DNA from: Vitrella brassicaformis CCMP3155
Lineage: Eukaryota > Protista > Chromerida
Assembly (NCBI GenBank): GCA_001179505.1
Contig: CDMY01000272.1
Span: forward strand, 62,001 to 126,000
Reading direction: 5' to 3'
DNA: 64,000 nt
Shown one piece after another: positions 1 to 11,591 of the stretch. The notes beneath the pieces were generated by a model that saw only the letters and a program-made list of their open reading frames with translations, was not told where the DNA came from and did not search any database. Within the stretch, counting starts at the first letter, position 1, and each line of letters starts with the position of its first letter. Both the position numbers and the translations under genes were made by a program.

Positions 1-16
1 TAGCTGTATGGCTCAC

Positions 17-1517
17 CACTCCGAATATTTTTTTCTGTCTGGTGTGTCCGCTGGCGTCCTTGGTGACCTCATACAGGTCCTGCGGGCCTTCCTTTGGACC
101 CACAGGGATCACCATCTTGCCACCTGCATCCACCCCAGGCACCAATCGCAATGGTGAGTGAGACATTTGCAGCACTCTTTGGCGGCACGTACCAGGTTTG
201 AGCTGGTCGATCAAAGCCTAGCAGGGGCAAGAAACACACGATCCAATACGTGCGAGAAAGGCCGTCATTCTGCATCCGTCCGATGTCTCACTTGTGGTGG
301 GACGGAGGGAGCGGCGGCTGCCACGTGTATGGCGTCGTAGGGAGCGAAAGGAGGAAAGCCCTTCCGCGCGTCGCCCTCCTCCAGCTGACAAACACCATAG
401 CAAGACTGTGGCGTTGTCTTCTGCCTGTGTGTGAAGGGTGTATGCCTTGAAGTTGTCGGCTTCCAGCAGCTCAGGCCCCACGTCATTCTTGACATTCTCC
501 TTGGATGTCTTCACCAGCTCTACAGCGGCCCCGCCAGGTGCCATCCATCAATCCATGAATTGAAGTGCGCTGGCTGTGCCTGTGCTGTGTGGACCTGGTA
601 TGACATCGATGCCAGCCACCTTGCCTTTGTCCTCGTGCACTTGGTTGTTGTCATCCAAAATCCCCACCAACCGGGCCTGCAGGGCATTCATGCATTCGTC
701 TAATGAGCTTGATACGACATCAACGCTCATGTGTGTTGCGCAGCATCGCCCACCATGCAGACCGTCAGGTAGCCACTGCCGGAACCTGAACCACTAAGAC
801 GCTCATCAGCACGTGCACGTGTGCCATTGATTGCCATCCGTCCTTACCGACATCCAGTGCCGAGCTGCCCTCTGTGAGGTGGTCCTTCAGGAGCTCCAGC
901 GCAGCCGCGTGCATATGAGGGGCAGAGATCGTCTGGCCATGCGCTGCCGGAGACATACAACAGCCACATCCATATGATGGGGCCAGAGGGCCTCTTTGCC
1001 TGTCCGCTTACAAATATCGGTAGGTTCGTTGATGTATTTCTGCTGTTTGACGTATTTCCCCCTGTCGACCTACAGGCAAGGGAAGAAGAAAGAAAGAGAG
1101 CAGCAAACCGGTGCGTACGACTTTCCCATGCAGCCATTGCAGTCTGCCTGTCTACCTTGCGCATCGCTGCGATGATGCGCTCAGACTTGAGTGCGGGCCC
1201 GAAGCCTTGGATGGTATACTGTTGCAGATCACCTATAAGCTTCTCCATCTCGCCGCCCCTGCACAGTGCAAACGCATCGATGAGTCGCGGCCCAGCCACT
1301 GACTGCAGCGGGTGCATGTCGTGTGTGCTCACGTCTCGGGACTGCCCAGCCGTCGGTCAGCCGCCTGCAGAGACGCAAGCAGACTCATCAAGTGAGTGCG
1401 AGATAGTGCGTATGCGTGGCGATGCCTGCGCACCTCTTCTTTCTCGGGCTGTCGATATCGGGCATGTGCGACGTGGAGGAGCAGAAGAGTCAGCAGCACC
1501 GGCGCGAGCACCTTCAT
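17..1517 (-). CDS. PCMT1: Protein-L-isoaspartate(D-aspartate) O-methyltransferase, multi-exon, with a putative N-terminal signal peptide; last exon lies beyond the window start
   Basis: Spliced exons give [85 protein letters not shown] and KKIFGV followed by a GTGAGC donor at 16-11. These are the PIMT family motifs. The likely ATG at 1517 begins [19 protein letters not shown]. Confidence 0.92.
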
Positions 1518-1947
1518 CGCGTTGCGTTCGGTAAGCAGGCTCGTCAGGCAGGGCCTTTTGCAATGCACAGGGCAGCGGGCCGCGCGGATCGCTCTGGGGC
1601 TCGCTATTTGGTAGCTGCAGATCTCCCGCTGAGGAGGAGGTCACGTTTGTTGGCTGGTTTCTTCCCAGGTGACGCACTCTGGGCATTTGCTGACCTGACA
1701 ACCGGCGACGAGTTGGTCCGCCTCCGCCGCTTGTCGTGAGATGCGATGAATATGGCGCTCTTTGACTTCATAGTGGAGTTGATCGGAGGGTGGAGCATTC
1801 CCATCTTCTCGGCACTTCTTCTCGTCGGCATCGTCACCGCATGCATCCTCCTCGATAAGTAGCTGCAGCGGCAGGACCGACAGCAAGATCAGCAGCATCA
1901 GCGGACGACCCACCGCATCTCATCCCCAGCAGACCGACAGAGGCGGG

Positions 1948-2247
1948 NNNNNNNNNNNNNNNNNNNNNNNNNNNNNNNNNNNNNNNNNNNNNNNNNNNNN
2001 NNNNNNNNNNNNNNNNNNNNNNNNNNNNNNNNNNNNNNNNNNNNNNNNNNNNNNNNNNNNNNNNNNNNNNNNNNNNNNNNNNNNNNNNNNNNNNNNNNNN
2101 NNNNNNNNNNNNNNNNNNNNNNNNNNNNNNNNNNNNNNNNNNNNNNNNNNNNNNNNNNNNNNNNNNNNNNNNNNNNNNNNNNNNNNNNNNNNNNNNNNNN
2201 NNNNNNNNNNNNNNNNNNNNNNNNNNNNNNNNNNNNNNNNNNNNNNN
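1948..2247. other. Assembly gap (300 N)
   Basis: Run of exactly 300 N; the same length at all five gaps indicates a fixed placeholder. Confidence 0.99.
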
Positions 2248-3442
2248 ACTGTTGCAGATCACCTATAAGCTTCTCCATCTCGCCGCCCCTGCACAGTGCA
2301 AACGCATCGATGAGTCGCGGCCCAGCCACTGACTGCAGCGGGTGCATGTCGTGTGTGCTCACGTCTCGGGACTGCCCAGCCGTCGGTCAGCCGCCTGCAG
2401 AGACGCAAGCAGACTCATCAAGTGAGTGCGAGATAGTGCGTATGCGTGGCGATGCCTGCGCACCTCTTCTTTCTCGGGCTGTCGATATCGGGCATGTGCG
2501 ACGTGGAGGAGCAGAAGAGTCAGCAGCACCGGCGCGAGCACCTTCATCGCGTTGCGTTCGGTAAGCAGGCTCGTCAGGCAGGGCCTTTTGCAATGCACAG
2601 GGCAGCGGGCCGCGCGGATCGCTCTGGGGCTCGCTATTTGGTAGCTGCAGATCTCCCGCTGAGGAGGAGGTCACGTTTGTTGGCTGGTTTCTTCCCAGGT
2701 GACGCACTCTGGGCATTTGCTGACCTGACAACCGGCGACGAGTTGGTCCGCCTCCGCCGCTTGTCGTGAGATGCGATGAATATGGCGCTCTTTGACTTCA
2801 TAGTGGAGTTGATCGGAGGGTGGAGCATTCCCATCTTCTCGGCACTTCTTCTCGTCGGCATCGTCACCGCATGCATCCTCCTCGATAAGTAGCTGCAGCG
2901 GCAGGACCGACAGCAAGATCAGCAGCATCAGCGGACGACCCACCGCATCTCATCCCCAGCAGACCGACAGAGGCGGGCCGATCTCCTTGAGCGGGCCGCA
3001 CAGAAGAGAAGTACATCTTCAGCCGCCACGCATGTCACGTCTGAGGATGACACACGCCGCCGCCCGCACGTCAGCGCCACAGCAGCATCTGTGCCCTCAG
3101 CAAACACGTCTGCACTGCGGCACCGGTGCACCGAAACCGACACACGTGGGGCGGCTGCGAGCGCACCCAAGACCACACCAAGCACAGCTGCAGCAGCGGC
3201 TTCTACTCCGAGCAGCGAGGTGCCTCGAGAGCAGCGTGAGGACAGCTATGTGGAGACCGTGGTGTTCAGGCCGCTGATGCTCAAATATGACGGCGGTGGG
3301 CTGCGGCAGTTCGATGAGCAGCTGGTGGATTATCTCCATGCGAAACACCTGGCGAGAACGGTAGGGAGGGAAGGAGTGAGGGAGATGTTCGGCAAAGGTA
3401 TGTATCGTATTGTTGCGTGCAGAATATGCCGGAGCAGTTTCG

Positions 3443-3742
3443 NNNNNNNNNNNNNNNNNNNNNNNNNNNNNNNNNNNNNNNNNNNNNNNNNNNNNNNNNN
3501 NNNNNNNNNNNNNNNNNNNNNNNNNNNNNNNNNNNNNNNNNNNNNNNNNNNNNNNNNNNNNNNNNNNNNNNNNNNNNNNNNNNNNNNNNNNNNNNNNNNN
3601 NNNNNNNNNNNNNNNNNNNNNNNNNNNNNNNNNNNNNNNNNNNNNNNNNNNNNNNNNNNNNNNNNNNNNNNNNNNNNNNNNNNNNNNNNNNNNNNNNNNN
3701 NNNNNNNNNNNNNNNNNNNNNNNNNNNNNNNNNNNNNNNNNN
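3443..3742. other. Assembly gap (300 N)
   Basis: Run of exactly 300 N. Confidence 0.99.
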
Positions 3743-4214
3743 GCATCGATGAGTCGCGGCCCAGCCACTGACTGCAGCGGGTGCATGTCGTGTGTGCTCA
3801 CGTCTCGGGACTGCCCAGCCGTCGGTCAGCCGCCTGCAGAGACGCAAGCAGACTCATCAAGTGAGTGCGAGATAGTGCGTATGCGTGGCGATGCCTGCGC
3901 ACCTCTTCTTTCTCGGGCTGTCGATATCGGGCATGTGCGACGTGGAGGAGCAGAAGAGTCAGCAGCACCGGCGCGAGCACCTTCATCGCGTTGCGTTCGG
4001 TAAGCAGGCTCGTCAGGCAGGGCCTTTTGCAATGCACAGGGCAGCGGGCCGCGCGGATCGCTCTGGGGCTCGCTATTTGGTAGCTGCAGATCTCCCGCTG
4101 AGGAGGAGGTCACGTTTGTTGGCTGGTTTCTTCCCAGGTGACGCACTCTGGGCATTTGCTGACCTGACAACCGGCGACGAGTTGGTCCGCCTCCGCCGCT
4201 TGTCGTGAGATGCG

Positions 4215-5886
4215 ATGAATATGGCGCTCTTTGACTTCATAGTGGAGTTGATCGGAGGGTGGAGCATTCCCATCTTCTCGGCACTTCTTCTCGTCGGCAT
4301 CGTCACCGCATGCATCCTCCTCGATAAGTAGCTGCAGCGGCAGGACCGACAGCAAGATCAGCAGCATCAGCGGACGACCCACCGCATCTCATCCCCAGCA
4401 GACCGACAGAGGCGGGCCGATCTCCTTGAGCGGGCCGCACAGAAGAGAAGTACATCTTCAGCCGCCACGCATGTCACGTCTGAGGATGACACACGCCGCC
4501 GCCCGCACGTCAGCGCCACAGCAGCATCTGTGCCCTCAGCAAACACGTCTGCACTGCGGCACCGGTGCACCGAAACCGACACACGTGGGGCGGCTGCGAG
4601 CGCACCCAAGACCACACCAAGCACAGCTGCAGCAGCGGCTTCTACTCCGAGCAGCGAGGTGCCTCGAGAGCAGCGTGAGGACAGCTATGTGGAGACCGTG
4701 GTGTTCAGGCCGCTGATGCTCAAATATGACGGCGGTGGGCTGCGGCAGTTCGATGAGCAGCTGGTGGATTATCTCCATGCGAAACACCTGGCGAGAACGG
4801 TAGGGAGGGAAGGAGTGAGGGAGATGTTCGGCAAAGGTATGTATCGTATTGTTGCGTGCAGAATATGCCGGAGCAGTTTCGTGCCTACGTGAAGGCCTAC
4901 ACGACCATACACGATGCAGCCGAACGGTAAGTAACGGGCACACACGCGCGCGCTCAGACACACACCCAAACACACAGCAGATCTGCTTCTCCGTCGATGT
5001 CGTCAGGCATCGGAGGTTGGTGTGGCTGAGGCCCAAGATCGACGCTTTTGAGGACCTCATGATCACTCGCGCCGTGCAGACCCTCGCTGCCTGCAGAGAC
5101 CCTCCTCTCGTCATGATCCTCGCGCTGCGTGACAACGCCATCACCCCCACCACATACGAGCGGCTGATGGCTGCACTTGCCGCCTCCAACACACCCATCC
5201 GTCCGCAGGGAGGTGCTGCCAGCGGTCAGGCTCCTTTGGAGCATAGCGCCATGCTCCTTCACATCCTCAACAAGTTCTCTTGGGAAGTGGTCAACTACAT
5301 CGTGAGTGAGAGGTGGAAGGGATGCGCAGAGAGGGGGGTGAGAGGTGAGAGCTGTGGTGTGTACTATGTGCGCCATCAGAGCCACTCGCATCTGGGGCGG
5401 ATGGCGAGAACGGAAGACTGGATCGTGCCGAGTGAGTGCCCGTCGCATCGGCTGCTCAAGGACGCCTACCGCAAAGGCGGCGCTTCGTCAGCACTCGCAG
5501 ATGTCGACTGCTTCATGCCACCGGACAACTGCCCATACAGCGTCGGAGATCCCCTCTCGCGAGTCACGCCATTCCAGTCACACACCATCCTCGGTAGCTC
5601 TTAAGCACACACACACACACACACACGGGGTGCCCACCTCTGTCTGTGTGGATGCTGTCAGGGGCTTTGTTGTCTGCGAGCGTCCTCAACAGCGCCCCCG
5701 GAGCGATCCGGGTCTTCACGGCGGCGGCCGAGAACCTCGGCGGCCCCACGGTGCAGCAGGTGCACCTCGATGAGTGTCGGCGCGCTGTGGAGAGGGTGCA
5801 CGAGCAGGAGATAGTCATCCGTCGGTTCGCTCCAGGGCTCGGTCGGTTCCGCTCGTTAGATCATATCAATGAGTGAGTGGGGAAAG

Positions 5887-5917
<31 letters not shown>

Positions 5918-8900
5918 TCTTTGTCTTTTGGTCTCATTAGGTGTGTGGAGAGCACATTTCGGCAGGTGGAGTCGGTCCTGGTGTGCTTCATCCGCCCTTT
6001 GTGGCGCTCGCGTCGCACACAGACGGCAGAGGCATCCCCAGAGCAGTCGAGCGGCTCCGCATCGCCAAAACAGGCCCTCCTGGCCTGGGCTGAAGTAGGA
6101 CGCATTCACACACGGCAGAGTGGGTGCGTTTGACGCATGGACCATGTTTTGGTATGGTGTGTTTCGTCTGTCAGGGCATTGTGAACGCGACTCCGGTCGG
6201 CGCGACGTCAGGGTGTCTCATCAATGTAATGTGCTGCCTGGGCGGTCTGCTGGAGGACGAGATCAGCAGGGCCGGCGGCATCGACTCGGTCGTCGAACGC
6301 ATCGACCCCCTCTACTGCGCCCGAACGAACGGCAGACTCGGGTACACACGACTGTGGACAGAGACAGGCAAGGAGCAGTGGACACAGTGTAGTGTGTCGC
6401 TGGTGCCTTGCAGGGCTTCGATGGGTCGTGACGTGTTGCGTCTCGGCGACACCGTCTCATACACACAGCAGAGGGTCAACAAGGACACTCGAGCCACCAC
6501 GGCAGCAATGCGCGTGCTGTCCGTGATCGACAAGCAGCGGCCAGAAGCAGCCGCCCCCTCACCCCTGACGGAGCTGTTCTTCCTGGCTCTAAGGGCGCTG
6601 CAGGCGGGGTACCTTACTGCTTGGTCTGACCAGGCCGCGACGGTTCGTGTGCTCCATGTGGAGCAGCAAGTAGCTCCCAACGGCGGAGGCCTATCAGGGT
6701 GAGCCAGCACGCGGACACAAGACACACACCAAAATGAGAAAATGGGTGTGTTTGTTCAGGAGTGCTATGCGTGTCTTCAACTTGCTGGGTGTGTATGCCC
6801 ACGTGTTGGGAGCGCCGTATCTGCTGCAGAAAGCGTCCGTTGTGGTCAATCTCAGCATGGCACTCATCCTGCAGACGGCATACACCAACGTAAGCCACCC
6901 ACCTGCACACACAGACACACACACGAGAGCTCGAGCCCACATGTTGTCTTCTATCCATCCATTCATCCATCCATCCATCAGGTGTCAGACCAGCTGCCCT
7001 TCCGGCGCGTCATATCCCCACCACCGTCCGCAGACAGCCCAGCCCCAGCCCCCACCCACCGCCCCCGTCTTGACGACACATCCACACCGCTGCCCCCTCC
7101 CTGCCCCCAAATGCCTATGCTCTACGACGCACTCGCAACACAGCTGACCGCATCCGAAGACATCCAGCAAGAAGAGATGGCGGTCATCGATGAGAGCCTG
7201 CAGTTGCTGATGGACGAGGACGTGCAGAAGCGTGGGCCGCTGGAGCTGCAGCTGCTGCCGGTGTGGATGGTTCACGACACCCTGGTGGCCATTCGGCTCA
7301 TTTTGGCGGAGCCGGGACAGGGCCATGCGCAGAGCACCGCCACGGCACGGTTGGACCGGTGTCTGGCGCTGGATATGATAGCAGTGGTGGTCGGGTCGCC
7401 TGAGGTGTTTTCCAAAGGAGCCGTGCAGATGCAGGCACTGGTCAGCTCAGCAACACACACACACACACTAAGGAAGAGAGAGGATTCACCTCTGTGTAAA
7501 ATGCGTTTCGCCTTAAATCAGCTCGCCCTCGATGCAACTTGGGGCGCCGAAGCATTCTCTTGGCGCCTGGTGCCCGTGCTGCTTCGCCTTTTCTCGATGA
7601 CAGATGGGCTAGAGTGGGACGACAGCCCTCCCAGCCATGGCATGCTGCAGAGCATGGTCCGCGAGAAACTCTTTCGGGTAGGCACAGGCTACAGGCAACA
7701 CCACCTCAGACCTCAGTCACCGACCTTTCATGGCCTGTGACTCTCGATCTCTCCATCAGGTGGTGCGCGAGATGCCCAAGTGTCGTGTGGGTCTGCGTGT
7801 TGCCGCGGAGGCCTACGGCGACGTCTTCCGCATCTTCCTGGCAACGGTGCTGCACGCCGCGTACTCCCAACTCTTCTGGGGCCTGTATGGTCTTGCCGAA
7901 GTGCGACGGTACCCAGTCAGCAACAAGCTGTCTCTGTATGGGTAGACGTTTGTCATTCTCTATGGCTTTCCTCTATGCGGCAGCATGGAGGAGGAGCACC
8001 CCGACATGGTCCAGGATGTCGCTGATCTGGTCGGCCAGCTCGACGAACAAGACGGAGACCGACTTAGCTTACTGCCGGTAAGCCAGCTACTTCTTGCTGC
8101 GGGCCAGCCTGGCCTGAAAGAGCGCTGTCTTTGGCTGATGCAGAATGGCGTCCTCCTCCTGGGCCATGTAGCTGAGGTGGTGTGCGGCGACCCCATGGCG
8201 ACGGCCGTCATGCTGCGTGACTCGACGCCCATTGCTGGCATGGCCGGCCACCAGACCACACTGCTTGACCTGATGGTACGGCGAGAACAGAGGGAGGGCG
8301 AGGTAACACACACCACGCGCAATGAGCCCCTTGTGGTTCAGACGGGCTTGCTCAACCTTACTCTATCGCGGCTGGCGGGCCCACAATCGCTCCAGCTCAA
8401 GGTGAGACTGTCTGTGCAGTGCAAGCCACCGAACGAACAGACGCATCCATCTGAGATGCCCCCCCATTGTAGGTGTCGAACCCGCGTGTATACGGTTTCT
8501 TCAAGTGCGAGATGCTGCAGTGGGCCATCGACATGTGCGGCATGATCCACGACGCATGCACGGCCGGGGTGTGCCGGACCCAGGACGGCGGGGAGCGACC
8601 CACACTGGCGGCACACACACTGCTAGAGAAGGTGAGTGAGGGTCGGTGGCAGCCTGGAACTCACTGCCGAGCCCGAACGTGTGTGTCTGCCTGTGTGTGT
8701 GCGGTTTGAGCGTTGCAGATATCTTCGCAAGAGAATGCGGACTTCAGAATCGACTCGTACGAGAAAGCAGGTCAGCCGAAAGCTGCCTGCAACGGCAGCA
8801 ATCACACTGCACACACTCATCTAGATAGATGGCCTCCGTGTGTGTGCGCGGTCTGATCCATCACATCAGTTCGTATTGTTTACCGCCAGAACATCTCGAC

Positions 8901-9893
8901 GGCCGATCGGAGGGCCAAATTCAAAGCCATGGTGAGAGGAGAGGTGGACGCGTGCGTGTGAGGGAGTGTCGACAAGTTGTGCTTCGGTCTTTTTTCTTTC
9001 TGTATGTGTCTGTGTGCGCAGTTTGAGTGTCTGTCGCGCCACCTGGCGCATTCCCGTGTGCTGTTTGAGTTGGAGACGGAGCCTGATGCACCTGATGAGG
9101 TAGGTGACCACCACCCCACCCAATACACGCGTCTGCCGGCCTCCTGTGCGCAATTCCCTCTCTATGTCTATATGTGTCGATGTGTGTGTGCAGTTCTTGG
9201 ATGCGTTGACGAGCCGCGTGATGGGAAACCCACGGCGCCTCCCTTCATCGAATATCGTAGACGAGTACGTCAGGGCATGCAGGCCCGTGTCCATCCATCC
9301 ATCCATCCCATGCGTCAGGTCGAGCGTGCTGCGGCTGCTGGCGGAGAACAACCCAAGAGACCCCTTCAGCGGCCTGCCACTCACACCACAAGACATCGGC
9401 TCAGGTGACTGTCACGATCCCATCCACACGCTCAGTTGACCTGATCTGACGGCACGGCGTCTGTCTGTCTGTCTTTCTTTGGTTGTGTGTTTGTGCAGTC
9501 CCTGAGCTGGAAGACCGTCTGGCCGCCTGGCGAGCGGCAGGCTGCCCCCCACCGGCCACATCACCCGACACCAACCAGGAGTGGCAGCCATCCCCATCCC
9601 CATCCACAGACACCAACCACGATCAGCATCACAGCAGCAGCAGTAGCAGTGGTCAGTTCAACCTCATTCTCATGTGTGGTGAGCAGCGCCACCGCCTTAG
9701 TCTCGAGGATGGGGTGCAGACGACCCTGGAGGTGCTGGCGTCGCGTGTGCGGAGTGCAGTTGGGGTGTCGGGCGGTGGTGGGATGCGGCTGATACGACAT
9801 GGGATGGAGCTGCCCGTAGGCCGGCAGCCGATGCAGCCTCTATCGACGTGGGGCGTCGCGAGCGGCGACACCATACAAGTGATGTTGGTTTAG
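4215..9893 (+). CDS. Large multi-exon U-box E3 ubiquitin ligase with a C-terminal ubiquitin-like domain and a putative N-terminal membrane anchor (in-frame TAG at 4329-4331 unresolved)
   Basis: Spliced C-terminal exons give APDE|FLDALTSRVMGNPRRLPSSNIVD..SSVLRLLAENNPRDPFSGLPLTPQDI..VPELEDRLAAW (UFD2-type U-box), then FNLILMCGEQRHRLSL...MRLIRHGMEL...PLSTWGVASGDTIQVMLV* (UBL). Long coding-like exons joined by GT-AG introns run from about 4332. An OB-like segment (GRLGYTRLWT...LRLGDTVSY) lies near 6330-6465. The 5' start is uncertain. Confidence 0.8.
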
Positions 9894-10247
9894 CAGGGCT
9901 GTGCCAGTGGCTGAGGGAGGGAGGGGTGCTTAGGTGTAGGGGCGGGAGAGATCGGGCACACGTGTGTAGGGGGGCGGGTGCTATGTGAATAGACAATAGA
10001 TAGCTTTGTTGGAGCTTGCACAAACAACAAACATGCTTGGCTGTGTTGGGCTGTGCAAGCTCACCAACAAAGCTGGACCTATCTGCAGCATTTATGCGCG
10101 TATTGCGTGTATCGGGCTCGTCAATCTGATCGATCACAAGAGTTTACTTCAGCCGTTGCATGCCACGCTGTACAGTGATTGTAGAAAGGCGTATCGAGAA
10201 TGAGGCACAGTAGCTGCGGTGCCAGTGGCTGTGGCTGACCCACCAGA

Positions 10248-11591
10248 ATGACGTTGAGCTACAGTGATGGTCGCATCACCGTTTCATTTGGAGGCGGTGG
10301 TGGTTCTGCCTTCGATGACCGCGCCACGCTCATCTCCCAGTATCCCAACCGCAAGGTGGATGAGTTTCGCCTGTCGTCCATCCGGATCGAGGAATGGGCT
10401 CATGGAATAGCACGGGTGTGCTACGCACACACCAACAGAGAGGACACGACACGCGTCGCATCTCTGTTGTGCGGTCCTTGCAGGTCTCTTCAACGTACGT
10501 TTCCCTCGTCGATGGCGAGCGCGTCACCCTCACGCACGGCTCAAGCTCACCGGACATGCAAGACACGAACCAGCACAACTTCGATTTCGAGGCAGGGGAG
10601 TGGATCAGATCCGTCAAGGTCCTGGCGGGGCCACACAAGCAGCTGCAGATCACCACCAACCGCAACCGCGCCATCACGTGTGGCCCGCTGCAGCCGGACC
10701 GGAGAGAGCGGTTCCACTCCAGGGAAGTCGACCCTGTCGTCCGTGAATGTCACGCGATTTTCGACGGGCTGCGTCGCCTGCGCCCTGGGGCGACGACACG
10801 AGACCTGATCAACGATGCCAGTGAGCGGACGTGACCAATGGCTAAGGAGTGGTTGTTGAGTGGATGTGTATGGTGAGTTTTGGATATGATTTGTCGGGAC
10901 CGACCTTCCGTGCACGGGGCCTTCGGGGGCTCGGGTGGGCGGCAGCAGGTGACCGAGTGGGACTTCGAGGCGGCTGGGGGGACTGGTGGAGAGGGGGTGG
11001 TGCCGAGATACCTCACGGGCAGAAGCGGCGAATCCATCGAGTAAGCACCGAAGTGGTGGATGCATTGCACTGTTGCTCCGATGTGTGTGTGTGTGTGTGT
11101 GTGTGGTGATCAATCAGTTTTATCAGCTTCTACTGCGCCAAGCGGGTGGCTGGTAGGCCGAACGCGAGACGATGCGATGCGACAGACATCCTTCAACTGC
11201 CAATGTCGCGCGTGTGTGTGTGTCTGTGTGTGTGTGTGGGTTTCCCACACAAGATGTGCTGACGGAGGACTTCACACCGGCACACTTCGCAGCGTTGCCG
11301 CAGCCGGTCAGACGCCAGGTAACTCACACACGACACACGAGATACACTACACCCGACCGGATGATGTGCTTCGGGCCCCTGTGTGTTTCGTTTTGTGTGT
11401 CCATCCATCGATCGTCCAAGATCGTGGCGTTGTTCTCTGTGTGCCGCGGACCCAATGCCGCCCGGCACACGTTCCCCGAGTGCTCTTTGCGGGCCGTCAC
11501 GACATTCGCCTTCCCAGCTGCCACGACAGTGACCGAGGAGGACCTCGAGGACGGCCAAGACGGAGAGGAGGGCGATGCGATGAGGCGATGA
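10248..11591 (+). CDS. Jacalin-like (beta-prism) lectin domain protein, multi-exon, no signal peptide seen
   Basis: VSFGGGGGSAFDD (GG loop), FDFEAGEWIRSVKV...LQITTNRNRAITCG, and after splicing YLTGRSGESID|FISFY (GxxxD loop). The acidic tail ends at TGA 11589-11591. One internal junction (about 10820-10950) is unresolved. Confidence 0.78.

Larger units (their letters stand above)
1218..4881. repeat. Three overlapping identical copies (1218-1947, 2248-3442, 3743-4881) separated by 300-N gaps; they duplicate the 5' ends of the PCMT and U-box genes
   Basis: 2248-2977 matches 1218-1947 (offset 1030) and 3743-4881 matches 2304-3442 (offset 1439). I saw no mismatches and the ORF translations are identical. 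Every junction is an N gap. Confidence 0.95.

Noticed and set aside
4329-4331. Reassigned genetic code (TAG = Gln, as in some ciliates) as the explanation for the in-frame stop
   Set aside because: TAG ends other genes in this window at the expected positions (9891-9893 after the UBL, 18751-18753 in MFSD5, 60813-60815 in the LOTUS gene), and no other exon needed an internal TAG or TAA.
1218-4881. CRISPR-like or LTR-like repeat structure
   Set aside because: The repeats are 0.7-1.1 kb exact overlaps joined by N gaps, with no spacers, TG..CA ends, PBS or TSD.
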